DNA of 63,078 nucleotides, filler included, from Asterionella formosa (taxonomy: Eukaryota), in NCBI GenBank assembly GCA_002256025.1. It is 11 parts of 11 records of this genome, joined end to end, with 100 filler letters (N's around TTAATTAATTAA, not from the genome) between each part and the next. Parts side by side here need not be neighbours in the genome. Positions count along the whole stretch, not along the records: positions 24,490 to 48,876 come from NKIB01002257.1; 10 more parts are not named here. One strand, 5' to 3'. Below, one piece after another: positions 34,437 through 45,164 of the stretch. Numbering within the stretch: the first letter of the stretch is position 1; the number at the start of each line of letters is the position of its first letter. The notes beneath the pieces were generated by a model. The model saw only the letters and a list, made by a program, of their open reading frames with translations. It searched no databases and was not told where the DNA came from. A program made the translations under genes and the position numbers.

Positions 34437-35900
34437 TTAGTCAAAATTACTCAGCATGACTTCACCTGTTGGCATATCTTCGCTTGACAAGACTGGAATA
34501 TAAACTTCTCCACCTTCGACTCGATCCCTTCGTTGATGTGCAACCCACTGCTCGGAAGGTTTAAGTTTCGTCATGGATCCCAGAATAGGAAAGTAAGATG
34601 TCCCACTCACATAAATGTTTTGAAAGTGAAAGATAGTTTGAAAAGACTCTGCGAATTCAATGCGTTGCTTACGTCCCCGGACCGACTGTTGACCTTGAGA
34701 ACTGACCTTGTCGACCAAGTCTGGGTTTATCAAAACCATCGGCCGATCGCCAGCCGCCAATGCCATTTCTTCCAAAGGCGCAATAATGCTTGTCTCCAAT
34801 CCAATCATGCTCTGCGGGCACAGCAGAAGAAAGACATCATCTTGTTCCACCTTGTTTCCCAATTTGTCTACATGTGCATTTACCACGTGATCTCTACCAA
34901 TTGCCCCAAAATTGATGTAATTCCCAACCATGCCTTCGTTTTCTTCTCCTGGTTCCGACTGCCAGTCCATGCGTTGCAACATGGTAGAAACTCCATTCAA
35001 TTGCTTGGGTGTTCCCATGAAAATTCCCACACCCATGCTACCTTGAACACAAATTCGGACACGTAAATTCTGTTCCGCGAGCTTGATGGCCATGACACGG
35101 ACCAACTCGAGGAGAGTTCCGATCCGATACGAATCCATGGATGGGTTAAGTTCAGGGAAAGAGTGGACTAATTTCATACGGGATGGAATCTTGCCTTGCG
35201 AACAAAGTACAACAGCTTCCAAGGTGGCATCAGCTGCCATGTCGTAGAAGTACTTTCGGACATAGCGGTTGTGAGGTACTTGGTTGAGATACAAGTCTTC
35301 TTTGAGTGCACCAACTCCTGTCCCACCAAGTTGTATTCCAAGCTGAATGAGTTTGCCAGTAACTTTTGGATAGTTTACCATCCAGCATAACCTATTTAGT
35401 TGGCGGACAACGTGGTCGACTGGGTGTGGCACGACAGGGACTGGTGGTAGTTCCGTAAATTGAAATCTTTTGGCCTTGATGGGATTGGCGTCGAGAGAGA
35501 AGGTGACATATTCAATGACTGGTTCGCGTTGGTTTCGATCATTTATCGTGACCTCTAAGTTTAGTTCATTGTTGTGAAGGTTTGTGATCGATGCATCCAC
35601 GAATTTGTAGGATCCTCCGGAAAAGACGTTGCGTTGTGCAGCGGTTGCTCCAAGGTCGGAATACGCTTCGGCAAAGGTCTGAAGGAGGTCTCGGTGGTGC
35701 TTGTTAAGATAGCCCATGAAAAAGTCTAGTTGGTCCTTATCGAGAGCGGATGGAAATGTTGAGTCAGACGTAGTTGCTGGGCACAATGTGTTGATGGGAT
35801 TTCGTCGCAAAGTGTCATGATTAATAAATGAGCATGCTGGCAAGGCAAGGCACATCAGTATCAAGGTCGCCTTTGTTCGCAGCAGTACTAACGAAGTCAT
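34437..35900 (-). CDS. DUF1995-family plastid protein with possible N-terminal DUF2470-like domain
   Basis: FPELNPSMDSYRIGTLLELVR..RVRICVQGSMG.G resembles the plant plastid adenylate kinase 5 C-terminal DUF1995; GYLNKHHRD resembles DUF2470; CLALPACSF signal+F. First ATG at 35900. Confidence 0.82.
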   Translation of the reverse strand: MTSLVLLRTKATLILMCLALPACSFINHDTLRRNPINTLCPATTSDSTFPSALDKDQLDFFMGYLNKHHRDLLQTFAEAYSDLGATAAQRNVFSGGSYKFVDASITNLHNNELNLEVTINDRNQREPVIEYVTFSLDANPIKAKRFQFTELPPVPVVPHPVDHVVRQLNRLCWMVNYPKVTGKLIQLGIQLGGTGVGALKEDLYLNQVPHNRYVRKYFYDMAADATLEAVVLCSQGKIPSRMKLVHSFPELNPSMDSYRIGTLLELVRVMAIKLAEQNLRVRICVQGSMGVGIFMGTPKQLNGVSTMLQRMDWQSEPGEENEGMVGNYINFGAIGRDHVVNAHVDKLGNKVEQDDVFLLLCPQSMIGLETSIIAPLEEMALAAGDRPMVLINPDLVDKVSSQGQQSVRGRKQRIEFAESFQTIFHFQNIYVSGTSYFPILGSMTKLKPSEQWVAHQRRDRVEGGEVYIPVLSSEDMPTGEVMLSNFD

Positions 35901-36247
35901 GCTTGCCTTTCGTTTCAAATAGTGTTGTCCAGCATGTGCTGTTGTTAGCAGTAGTGTAGGAACATGGGTGTGGTGAGAACCTTTTCTAAATTACAACATC
36001 GATGAGGCTGTTACTTGAGTGGACGATTGATTATCTGTCACAGTACTGGTAGTACCAGGTAGTACATAGGTGATATATCGGTACTGGTGTGTTCTAAATA
36101 CTAAATAGGACTGTGTAGCTAAGATACGTAGTAGGAGAGGAACAAGGCGCGAAGTCAAGAATATCTTTGGTTTACCGGTTTGTTACCGGTATATCTATTC
36201 AGATTCATTGTTGTGCACATATTCATTCGATACATATCATATTCCGG

Positions 36248-36283
36248 TACCTGGTACCAGGTACCGGTACCTGGTACCAGGTA
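36248..36283. repeat. Perfect 36-bp palindrome built from TACC[W]GG units
   Basis: TACCTGGTACCAGGTACCGGTACCTGGTACCAGGTA equals its own reverse complement; lies between divergent genes. Confidence 0.95.
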
Positions 36284-36758
36284 AGGATAATAAGAAGAAT
36301 GATTGAACACGCACGCACAGTCGAATGCATCGAGATTTTGGATCACTGCGAGCGGGACGACAGCTACATAGAGCATCACAGCGCGTTGGATGTAGACTAC
36401 CGGTATGTATGTACCTGGTAGTCTGCGGCAAGCAGGGGGTGAACACGTCAGTCAAATATCAAATACTGACTCCCTTGCGTGCACATTGATATCGTGGCGT
36501 CATCAATATATTGTCCGTGGCTTACAGTGCACACGGTGACAACTGGTTGCAGAGTGTTACCAGGGTACCTGGAGCACATAGTTCCGGACAACGGGTATTT
36601 AGCAGTATGTACGCACATAAATCCTATATTCATAAAAACATGTAATATTGTTGCATTTTACCACGTCAAATACATTTTTCTCATTCTCTTGAAGTTTCAG
36701 TCTTTTGCACACCGGTGTGTGCACTCCATTTGGTATCGAGAGGAGAACAAAACGAACC

Positions 36759-38141
36759 ATGGTTGCTTGGTTGAAAACTGCAGCCATGCTGTTGCTCACT
36801 GCTTTAGTATTAATGGGGCACACCAGCGCCTTTTCTTCCCTCAGCTCAGGTGGCGGTCGACTAATGTCGGCACCAAGAAGTAGCACATCTACCTTGACAT
36901 TGCTGGCAGCAACTCCAATTCTGACCGAGTGGAAATTGCTGAAAAATGGGTCTCTCATGGGTACCGTCAAGAACCATCCAGTCATTGAAGACGGAGACGT
37001 CGTTACAACATCACCAATTGAAAATCCAGACGGTGTGAAATACAATGCAATAGTCGTTACCAAAACAGGGTCGAAGTACAAGTTGGGAACCCCGGCAGGT
37101 GGACTGAATGGAAAAGTAGTACCTGCAAAAGCCGTATCAGTTGCCAAGACTGTGGCCTCATGGAATGGAAAAACCGTACCGGACGCCAAGACAGTGGCCC
37201 CTGCAGCTCTCGAACGCGACAAGGAAAAAGCCGTGAAGGAAGCCTTCCGCAAGGCAAGCTCGAAATTTGGCCTCACTGGACAAATTGTGGGAGATAGCTA
37301 CCTGTTGGCTGGGAAAGAGTGCCGAAGTACATCAGGGAAGAGCAAAATTTGGTCAGCGTATAAGATGGACGACAAAGGGTTTCCCAAAGGAGGTGCGTTG
37401 ACCGTCAAACTCTCGGCGAACATCGAGTCGATCAAACGGGAATCGGAGAATTATCAAAAAGTAACAACTGGACGAATTACCGGCCAGTTCGTCAAGTTTT
37501 ATGAATACATTGTGCCAGCCGGGACCAAGGCGCCATACAATAAGATGTGTGCTCTGGTAATGGAACGAGGAGATCTAGATTTAAAGGCGTACCTTAAGAA
37601 AAAAGGGCCTTTGACAGGAAAGTTACTTCGAGAAGCCGCAGTCGCTTCTGTTCAATGTCTGCAAGCCGTTCATTCTGCCAATTTGGTGTGGACTGACCTA
37701 AAGACGGAGAATTTTGTCGTGCAAGACACGGCAAAGGGTATAGTTTTTCGGGGCATCGATTTGGAATCAGCTATGCCAATTCGGGACAACCCAGTCGACT
37801 ATAGTCCCGAAGCTTGTCCACCAGAATTCGCAGATGCCTTTCTATCTGGAATGGGCCCTTATTTTGTGTTGGAGTACAATTATGACATTTGGTCGTTGGG
37901 TATGATGTTGTATGAGTTGAATACTGGAAGGTCCGTCTTTGAAGGCATTTCGGCGGACAAAATCACAAAGACTTTGAAAACGCCAGAGTATCAAGTCGAT
38001 GTGAGCTTAATACCGGATGAGAAATTGCGAGACTTGGTGGCATTGTGCCTAAAGACTGATCCCAATCAGCGGCCATCGCTAACTCAAGTGCTGCTTCATC
38101 CATTCTTTCTTACTACGGGGATTGGACCATTTAGTTTTTAA
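36759..38141 (+). CDS. Ser/Thr protein kinase, putatively plastid-targeted
   Basis: MVAWLK..GHTSAFSS signal+AF motif; LTVKL, VWTDLKTENF, IDLE, ACPPE, DIWSLGMMLYE, QRPS...LLHPFF. Confidence 0.9.
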   Translation: MVAWLKTAAMLLLTALVLMGHTSAFSSLSSGGGRLMSAPRSSTSTLTLLAATPILTEWKLLKNGSLMGTVKNHPVIEDGDVVTTSPIENPDGVKYNAIVVTKTGSKYKLGTPAGGLNGKVVPAKAVSVAKTVASWNGKTVPDAKTVAPAALERDKEKAVKEAFRKASSKFGLTGQIVGDSYLLAGKECRSTSGKSKIWSAYKMDDKGFPKGGALTVKLSANIESIKRESENYQKVTTGRITGQFVKFYEYIVPAGTKAPYNKMCALVMERGDLDLKAYLKKKGPLTGKLLREAAVASVQCLQAVHSANLVWTDLKTENFVVQDTAKGIVFRGIDLESAMPIRDNPVDYSPEACPPEFADAFLSGMGPYFVLEYNYDIWSLGMMLYELNTGRSVFEGISADKITKTLKTPEYQVDVSLIPDEKLRDLVALCLKTDPNQRPSLTQVLLHPFFLTTGIGPFSF

Positions 38142-38929
38142 GATATATCCACTCCTTCCCACGAATGATTGCTTCCTTTTTGCAGTCGCATGGGTGAGGT
38201 ATTGTCATCGTTCATCATGCCCTGTTATAAAGAATCTGCCGAACCAAAGGTGCTTGTAATCAAAGATAAGGGGAGGGCCTTTATCGCCATGCTCCCTCAT
38301 GAGTTCGACTATTTTTCTGTGTACCACCAATCGCTGTTAAGTTTCCAATTTATCCTATAACAGTTCTAAATTGCTGATTGGGATTTGGAATTTGTCCTAG
38401 CTGCATGTGTATAGTATTCTCCATGATATGCTCACTACGGTACCGCTTTGCTTCAAAATTGACCTAGAGAGCAGTATTGATGTACTAGACTACCGTTGTC
38501 TACTTGGTAATCAAATCAAGACTTTTAAGATGTATAGGGGATAGAGTAGACTAAACTTCGAATATTAGCAAATGAAAGAAAACTCACCCCGTACCTGGCT
38601 TGTATATTGATTGTAGACTCGTAGCCATTTACAGGCAACAGGTAGACATACGAGTACCAGGTACTCCGGATACAATCCACAAATCTGTGTAATGAATTTT
38701 ACTTATTACACATGCAACATGTTGTGCTTGAAATTAGGAGCGATTAAAAGGGCAATTAATTTTGGTGGTAAACAGAATTCTAACCTCTTCGCATTGTTTA
38801 CAACTACATTAATTTTGTTTTGTCAATGCAATCAACAGAAAGGAAATGAGGGGTCGATCGAAAATGGTTTCTTTCATTTGTCAGCCAATCTTGGCCACAA
38901 TTTAGACTTCAGCTAATACATACTATACG

Positions 38930-40200
38930 GTGAGCTCAATTATTCTCTCGCAAACTCTGCACTTCTTCGGCATGCCTCTTCCTTTTAAACTGGTCATCAA
39001 CCACTTCAGGACCCAACAAGTACCTGCCTGCAGCGAAATGAAGACTTGCTGTGTATTGTTCATTGTTTGTAATCGCCCTAGTAAGTGCTGTTTCTTTTCG
39101 TTGGTGGGCAAGTTTGTCCAGATTTATTCCGTTTCTAGCATCCTCATGATTGCGATACTAAGTTTAGTCCAGATGGGGAAATGGAAGAGGCGGTGTTTGC
39201 CGATTTGAGGTTCTTGTCAGTTGAATTTCCGGATGGAGCAACACGTTGTAGTTCAATGGACCCCAACCTCGTTCAGCAACATCTTTTTAGTTTGTAGCGA
39301 TATGGGCAAAGGATTCATCCCATCCTTTTGACACCAGGACAAAAATATCATCCTTTTCAACAGCAAATGCAGCATGGTGCCTTTCTTTTTGGGTGAGTAA
39401 GTCTCTCTTGCATTTCGAGAGTGCCATTTAAAATGACCCATTTTGCTCTGGACTGTCCCCAACCTACCAATATGATGTGCTGTATGGCACCCCAATGCAG
39501 TCGTTCCATTTCGTTGCAGCGCGCTGTGTTGATGTATTGCAGCAACAGTAGTACTAGGTTGTTTCTGCTACCATGGCCATCAAGGATAAGGAAGGGTGGG
39601 GCTCCATCATTTCAGTCGAAAACTCCAATTTTGTCAACAGTCTTTAGCATTTGCCCAAACCAGCTCCGCCGTGATGCTTCCACTTTCGGAGCACTAGAAA
39701 AAGGTAGGCATGTGGTGGCCATTGAAGTTGCAGGTTGGTCCCATTGGATGTCTTCTTCCCCTTCCAATATTTCCGGTAACATCGTTTTTGTCTCCAATCA
39801 AATCTACAGTAGGATTAAACCCAAGCACCCAAGACTCTTTCATCTCTTTTGCATCAAATATAATAGTACACTTCAAAGGCATCCCATTGGCAGCTGTGAA
39901 ACCCAAGACTGTGAAGTTGCTATCCTTTGTGGCTTTGAGTAGTATCTGAGGACGTTGACCAGTTGCAGACAGTCGTTTCTCACCACCAACATTCCATCTT
40001 TTGCTTGAGATGTATTTAATTCTACCTCATCCAGCGCAAACAGAAGCTTGTCTGGTCATATCATGTCGTATTTTGTTTCTAACCCAAAAGCTTCATGTGC
40101 ATGTTCAACAATTAATCCTTCCTTGCTTAGCTTGACTTTTGTATTCAGCTTCATAGCACCAATCCCTACCCTCACCATCTCTTCATAAACTTCATTGTAC
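38930..40200 (-). pseudogene. Degenerate pogo/Tigger-like DDE transposase
   Basis: Broken frames: EVYEEMVR, YDMI*PDKLLFALDEV, FTVLGFTAANG.P..C.IIF, GPTCNFNG, PFLILDGHGSR, IGVPYSTSYWQVGDSPEQNGSFK. Confidence 0.8.
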
Positions 40201-41194
40201 AGTTTCGAAATCCAATGAGTTAGGTATCACCTTGTACTTTTTGGATGGTTGAGGCTGTTTTCTTGCTGTAGGTTTCATCGTTGTTAATAAGATGATCGCG
40301 ATTTGCTTTATTTTGTGGTGCATTGGAAGCAATTTCTGATGTGAATTACAGTCTCTGACATAAAAATATGGCGCAATTTTTATGGCCTTCAAGAAATATT
40401 GCATTCATTTACTTACTAGAGTGGTGTTGTCTAATGGATTCATTTAATGCTATAGTACATTGTCCATGACAGTTAAACGCAACTAAACATATATTAGATA
40501 TTATGTTTTCTTCACAAATGTATACTGTATGTGCATTTCTGGGAGATGCCAGCAGCTCAATGGTATAATATTGTTTTTGCCACTTTTGGGCCTAGGGCTA
40601 TTGCTACTTTCCGACACATTTATCTGATTATCTACAACACAAGACCTAATTGACAACAAGATATGTTGAATCCTGCGCAATGTCAGAAACAACTTTGTTG
40701 TAGGGAGGAAAATAAAATTTTATAGTACATTAAAACTAAACTAAAAATCGCACTTGTGCCTGGAGAGACATGGGACTTTGTCGGATTAAAAATACTGCAG
40801 TCATAGCTGGAAAATAAGAAAAATCTTTTTATACAGAAAGCCATTTTAAACTGGAACAGCACCAGGTACTGTATGTGTTTTAGTGTCGTATACCGGTAGG
40901 TCGTTCCGGTTTCATGAGGCAGGAGCTGCTGACGAGGCGTGGCCATCCTTGCTCGGCTCGATTCATCTGAAAGGTATGTCTGGCCGTCCCAACGGCAATA
41001 CTGGTATGTAGAATCCCTCATCATTGCTTTTTCTGGCCAGCTTGTCGTTCACATGATGTTTTCCTTTGCACAAAGACTTTAACCATCAAGAGCCGATTGT
41101 CCCACGACGCTCGTTAATCGCGTCTTCTGCAATCTCCTGTTCATCAGCACGTTAGAAGTCTGCCATCTCTCAGACGTTGTTGCTTATCTCCCAA

Positions 41195-42985
41195 ATGTCG
41201 GCAAGACAGATTAAAATCAAACGAAAACGATCGCCATCAGAAGTAGACATCAAATCTCCTCTCAAGGCCCCCCGAATCACCTCACTCGCTACAGCTCATG
41301 ACAGAGCGGTACATGAATTTATTGACGTACTCGAAGAAATTGAATGCTGCCAACCTCAAGATGCTGGTGGCCCCATTGTTTTGAAGGCATCGACTATGCT
41401 AATGTCAATCAAATCTTATCAACGTCGACTCTTGGACAGGCTGCAACATACCGCCGCGGAGGCAGAAGCAAGACGTCTGGAATTGCACAAACAGACATTG
41501 GAATTGGAGGCATTGAATTACGAGTCTTCGAATTTACAGGGTCAGCTTAAGGCCTATACAGAATTCCCTACTCCTCAGTTAGAAAAGATGGCTCGTGAAG
41601 AAGTCAAGGACATGGACAGCGATGCCATGGATGTCATCAACTTGTTTCTATGTGGCTCCGTTCTCAAATCGCACGAAGATCCTAAGCAACACGAGTCGAT
41701 CATGCAGAAACTTCACAAGGAAATCAATTCCCGGGGAAACTTAGAGCGCGATGTCAAGTTGGCACAGAAGAAATTAGGGGAACAGAAGCGCGTTTTTGAC
41801 GACAAGCAAGCTTTCATGGCGGAATTTCCTAAAATGCTAGAGAAGTTGGAGCAAGCTAGCCTGCCACTGCAGCAGTTTTTCCAGGTGCCGAAGGATTCGC
41901 CCTCGTTGGACCTCCTCAGTTCTGACCGACGGAAGAGGTTGGATTTAGCCAAGCTGCTTCCTGGACCACTTTATACACTTTTCATTCAGTTGCAGTCTCA
42001 TTTAGATTCATGGGGAGAAAATGGTGCGACAGTACAAGTGGTATCACAGTCAAAGGGTGCCCGCAAAGGACACCCCATATTTGTAAAGAACTTTATACAA
42101 TTGACCTTTCATGTCCCGGACATAGTCATCAAGGAAGGAAGTCCTGTAAAGCAAACGACCGTTTGTATTGACTTTGCCTATTATCCTACTCTCAAAATTG
42201 TTACCGCAAAAGCAACGGGAAGTGCCGACAAAATCGATGCTGAATCTGTGTTGATGAATCTCTTCCCCGGAGACGACGGGGAGTTTACCCTTATCAAGGT
42301 GGGGGAGGGGGCAAGCAAGCTTTCGAGCAGACCATACAGTTGGTGCAATTATATGGCAGGCTTGCACCTTGCAACTCCATGGGGCGATGCATCTTCCATG
42401 ACCATGTGCACGAAGCTGATAATGGCCGAACTTTTGAACCGAGTGCGAGCGAACGCCACATTGACACAGCTACTGTTCAGCTTTGCCAAGCGCAAGGTCA
42501 TTCCCATCCATCCATTACTGGTGGAGGACATTGTTGTTCATTCAAGCTGTGTTACAAAGATGCAAAGCTTTGCAGAGCACACCCCGGAACAACCTAAACC
42601 TAACGAGTCGTACTATCAAGCCATATTGAAGCGGAAGGGTGCGACAGTGCGAGCTATTGTGTCGTTGGACCTTTCGCGATACCCATCCATTCCGCCGACT
42701 TGGTCGCTAACTACCGGGGAAGAAAGATGGGGAGAAATGCACGGCTCAGCCACATCCTTGGAAGCATGCACCAATCCACTGTATAGCAATGCCCTTGGCA
42801 GCATAGCGAGCAGTGTGAATGTTAATGTGATTGCCCTCGTCAAGCCAGAGATTATTGAAACGCATTATTGGCTTGTATCGCATCAGCTTCAAACTATCAT
42901 TACCATGTGGGATCAATCGCAGAAGGCAGTGGAAGATGGTAGTTTTAATGGGGATCGATCGCTCAAAGGACGAGACCGTATGTAG
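41195..42985 (+). CDS. THOC5: THO complex subunit 5 (FMIP family)
   Basis: LEALNYESSNL, LPLQQFF, LLPGPLYTLFIQL, FAYYPTLKIVT, NLFPGDDG, RPYSWC..MAGL, C-terminal KGRDRM; first ATG at 41195. Confidence 0.8.
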   Translation: MSARQIKIKRKRSPSEVDIKSPLKAPRITSLATAHDRAVHEFIDVLEEIECCQPQDAGGPIVLKASTMLMSIKSYQRRLLDRLQHTAAEAEARRLELHKQTLELEALNYESSNLQGQLKAYTEFPTPQLEKMAREEVKDMDSDAMDVINLFLCGSVLKSHEDPKQHESIMQKLHKEINSRGNLERDVKLAQKKLGEQKRVFDDKQAFMAEFPKMLEKLEQASLPLQQFFQVPKDSPSLDLLSSDRRKRLDLAKLLPGPLYTLFIQLQSHLDSWGENGATVQVVSQSKGARKGHPIFVKNFIQLTFHVPDIVIKEGSPVKQTTVCIDFAYYPTLKIVTAKATGSADKIDAESVLMNLFPGDDGEFTLIKVGEGASKLSSRPYSWCNYMAGLHLATPWGDASSMTMCTKLIMAELLNRVRANATLTQLLFSFAKRKVIPIHPLLVEDIVVHSSCVTKMQSFAEHTPEQPKPNESYYQAILKRKGATVRAIVSLDLSRYPSIPPTWSLTTGEERWGEMHGSATSLEACTNPLYSNALGSIASSVNVNVIALVKPEIIETHYWLVSHQLQTIITMWDQSQKAVEDGSFNGDRSLKGRDRM

Positions 42986-42993
42986 ATCATAGT

Positions 42994-44252
42994 TTAAGCA
43001 ACATGAAAATACTTGGATGGGACCCACTCATCCACAATATCCTGGTCTTCGCTAAAAGCGCAAGTTGGATCATCAATGATGTAGTATTTTTCAAAGCATG
43101 CGGCAGCGAGACAGCTGTGGTTTGGAATGAGATTCACTATTGAACCCAACGGAAACGATGCAAATGGGAATACGGCACCTGTTGGATCGCTGACGATGGT
43201 TACTTCTTGTGACATCCTCCGGCATTCGAGCTGTGGGGCCCCGCCGATCTCACCCATCCCGCCTTGAGGAGCTTGTTCTTTCGTAAGAGCGGTAGCTCCT
43301 GCATCTAGGAGGATTGTATTTCGATCTTCATAGTGTCCAATTACTCTAGATATGACTCGTCCAGCCACATCATCTCTAGTGCATCCTCCAGACCACATCT
43401 GCTGGCGGTCGTATAGAGTGTAGTTTCCGGGATGAATCTCCACATTGGGTAAATCGAGATGATTTGCATGGTGAAATAGAGAAGGCGTAGATCCGACACT
43501 GACTGCCAAGTTGTTCGTTTCTATACCAGCATGTTGTAGCAAGCCGATAAAGTCGCTAATCTTCTGGAGATCTGTCTTCGCGATTTCCTCGAGAATGGTG
43601 CTGTCATTTTCGTTGTACGATTGACCGCTGTGATTTGCATAGCATGAGCCGACTCTCTTATTTGCGCATGACAAGGCAACCAAAAAGGAGGCAAAACTAA
43701 CACTCACCAGTGACTGTATAGGCCATGAAGTAGAATATGAGGCGATTCCAGTATTGCTTTCACCAAGTGTACTCCTCGATCGTCACATGTTATACCGGCT
43801 CGATGATACCCAGTGTCGAGTTTGACGAAAGCAGACAAAGGTGTCGATCCTGCAAGGGATGAAATGAAGTCATTAATGAAAGCAACTTGGGCGATATGGT
43901 CAATAATAACGTGAATCCTGCAGCCGCTACAATGTCTCAGCTCTTCAATAATTGTTAGCTTTGAAAGGCTGATGGGTACGCCATATAGAATGTCGCAAAA
44001 GGGACCCTTGTGTTCGTCCGCAGCTTTGACCAACATGGCGACTTCCGGAACTGACGAAGCGACAAATCCTGTCACCAGATCTGTGCAGCCCCCAACCTGG
44101 AGAAGACAGCCTTGTACTGTTTTGTGTGTCTTGATGTGTGGTCGAATTCTAAGATTCTTCTGTTTTGCAGCCTCGATTGCTTTGCAGCAGTTCTTAGCAA
44201 AGGCGCAACGATTGATGACAAATGCCGGAGTGGGAAGATCACCTATCTTCAT
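42994..44252 (-). CDS. D-serine dehydratase / D-threonine aldolase family PLP enzyme (fold type III), 2 exons
   Basis: Exons 44252-43708 and 43627-42994. LPTPA, RPHIKTHKT, KLDTGYHRAG, LYSHC|GQSY, SVGSTPS, EIHPGNY..YD.QQ, DAGATAL, SQE, PNHSCL. Confidence 0.9.
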
Positions 44253-44365
44253 TGTCGCTATTACAAGGTGTAGTTTAATATTTGGACCGGTACACTGGTG
44301 GCAAGCGTTTTGAAGTTGGACGGAAGCCTCTGCGGAGTTTTCTTACAAGAAAAGTCTTTTCTGTT

Positions 44366-44905
44366 ACCGGTACCGGTATCCAGCCTCATTACATGTTGCA
44401 AGTATCAGGTAGGGGTCTACCTGGTACCATTACCGGTAGTTGTTGATTCCTGGAACCAGTACCAGGTACCTGGTACCCTGGTACCTCAGCTGCCTACCGT
44501 ATAAGATATACCGGTATGCTCCGACCCGTACCGGTAATCGTTGTCGTCCTTGTTCTATCCCAGGCATCGCTCACCAGCCAAAAAACAGTCAGTTAAAATT
44601 TGGCCAATGATGGAAATCAATCGTTTTTACAAAACAGATGATATATTCTTCACAGAGTACATGGTACCCGCTACGTGGTACCTCGTACGAGGTACCTTTT
44701 GAACTTTTGATCCTTTACTTTCTACTCCTGTACACCGATGCTTATTTTTTCCTAACTTTTGTTGCCAGTATAGTACCAGTATCTACACAAAGTACTTCGA
44801 CTAATTGTTCGTGTACTGGTATGCCAAGTATCGGTTCTCGTGCTTCCCAATCCCGTAAAGTTACCGGTATTTCACTCCGAGTCCATAGGTAGACCAGGTA
44901 CCACC
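44366..44905. repeat. GGTACC/TACCGG tract cluster between divergent genes
   Basis: TACCGGTACCGGTA, CCAGTACCAGGTACCTGGTACCCTGGTACC, GGTACCTCGTACGAGGTACC and others. Confidence 0.85.
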
Positions 44906-45164
44906 ATGGTGTCTGTATCCCCAAAACAGTTGCCTTGTGGGAAATTGGGGAGAAGCAGTTTATTATTTTTAAGCAATGAATAAAATTTTCTGAGGGAATT
45001 CTTTTGACACTATTTGAACTGATCGGGGTGCAGCTATCATCATCATCTTACACACTGTATTAGACAACATACTGGTCACTGTTTCAGTACATAAATCACA
45101 CAACAGTTGAGGCATTGATTTCTCAAGCAGAGACCGTGAATCTTCTTGGATTTCACAACGAATA

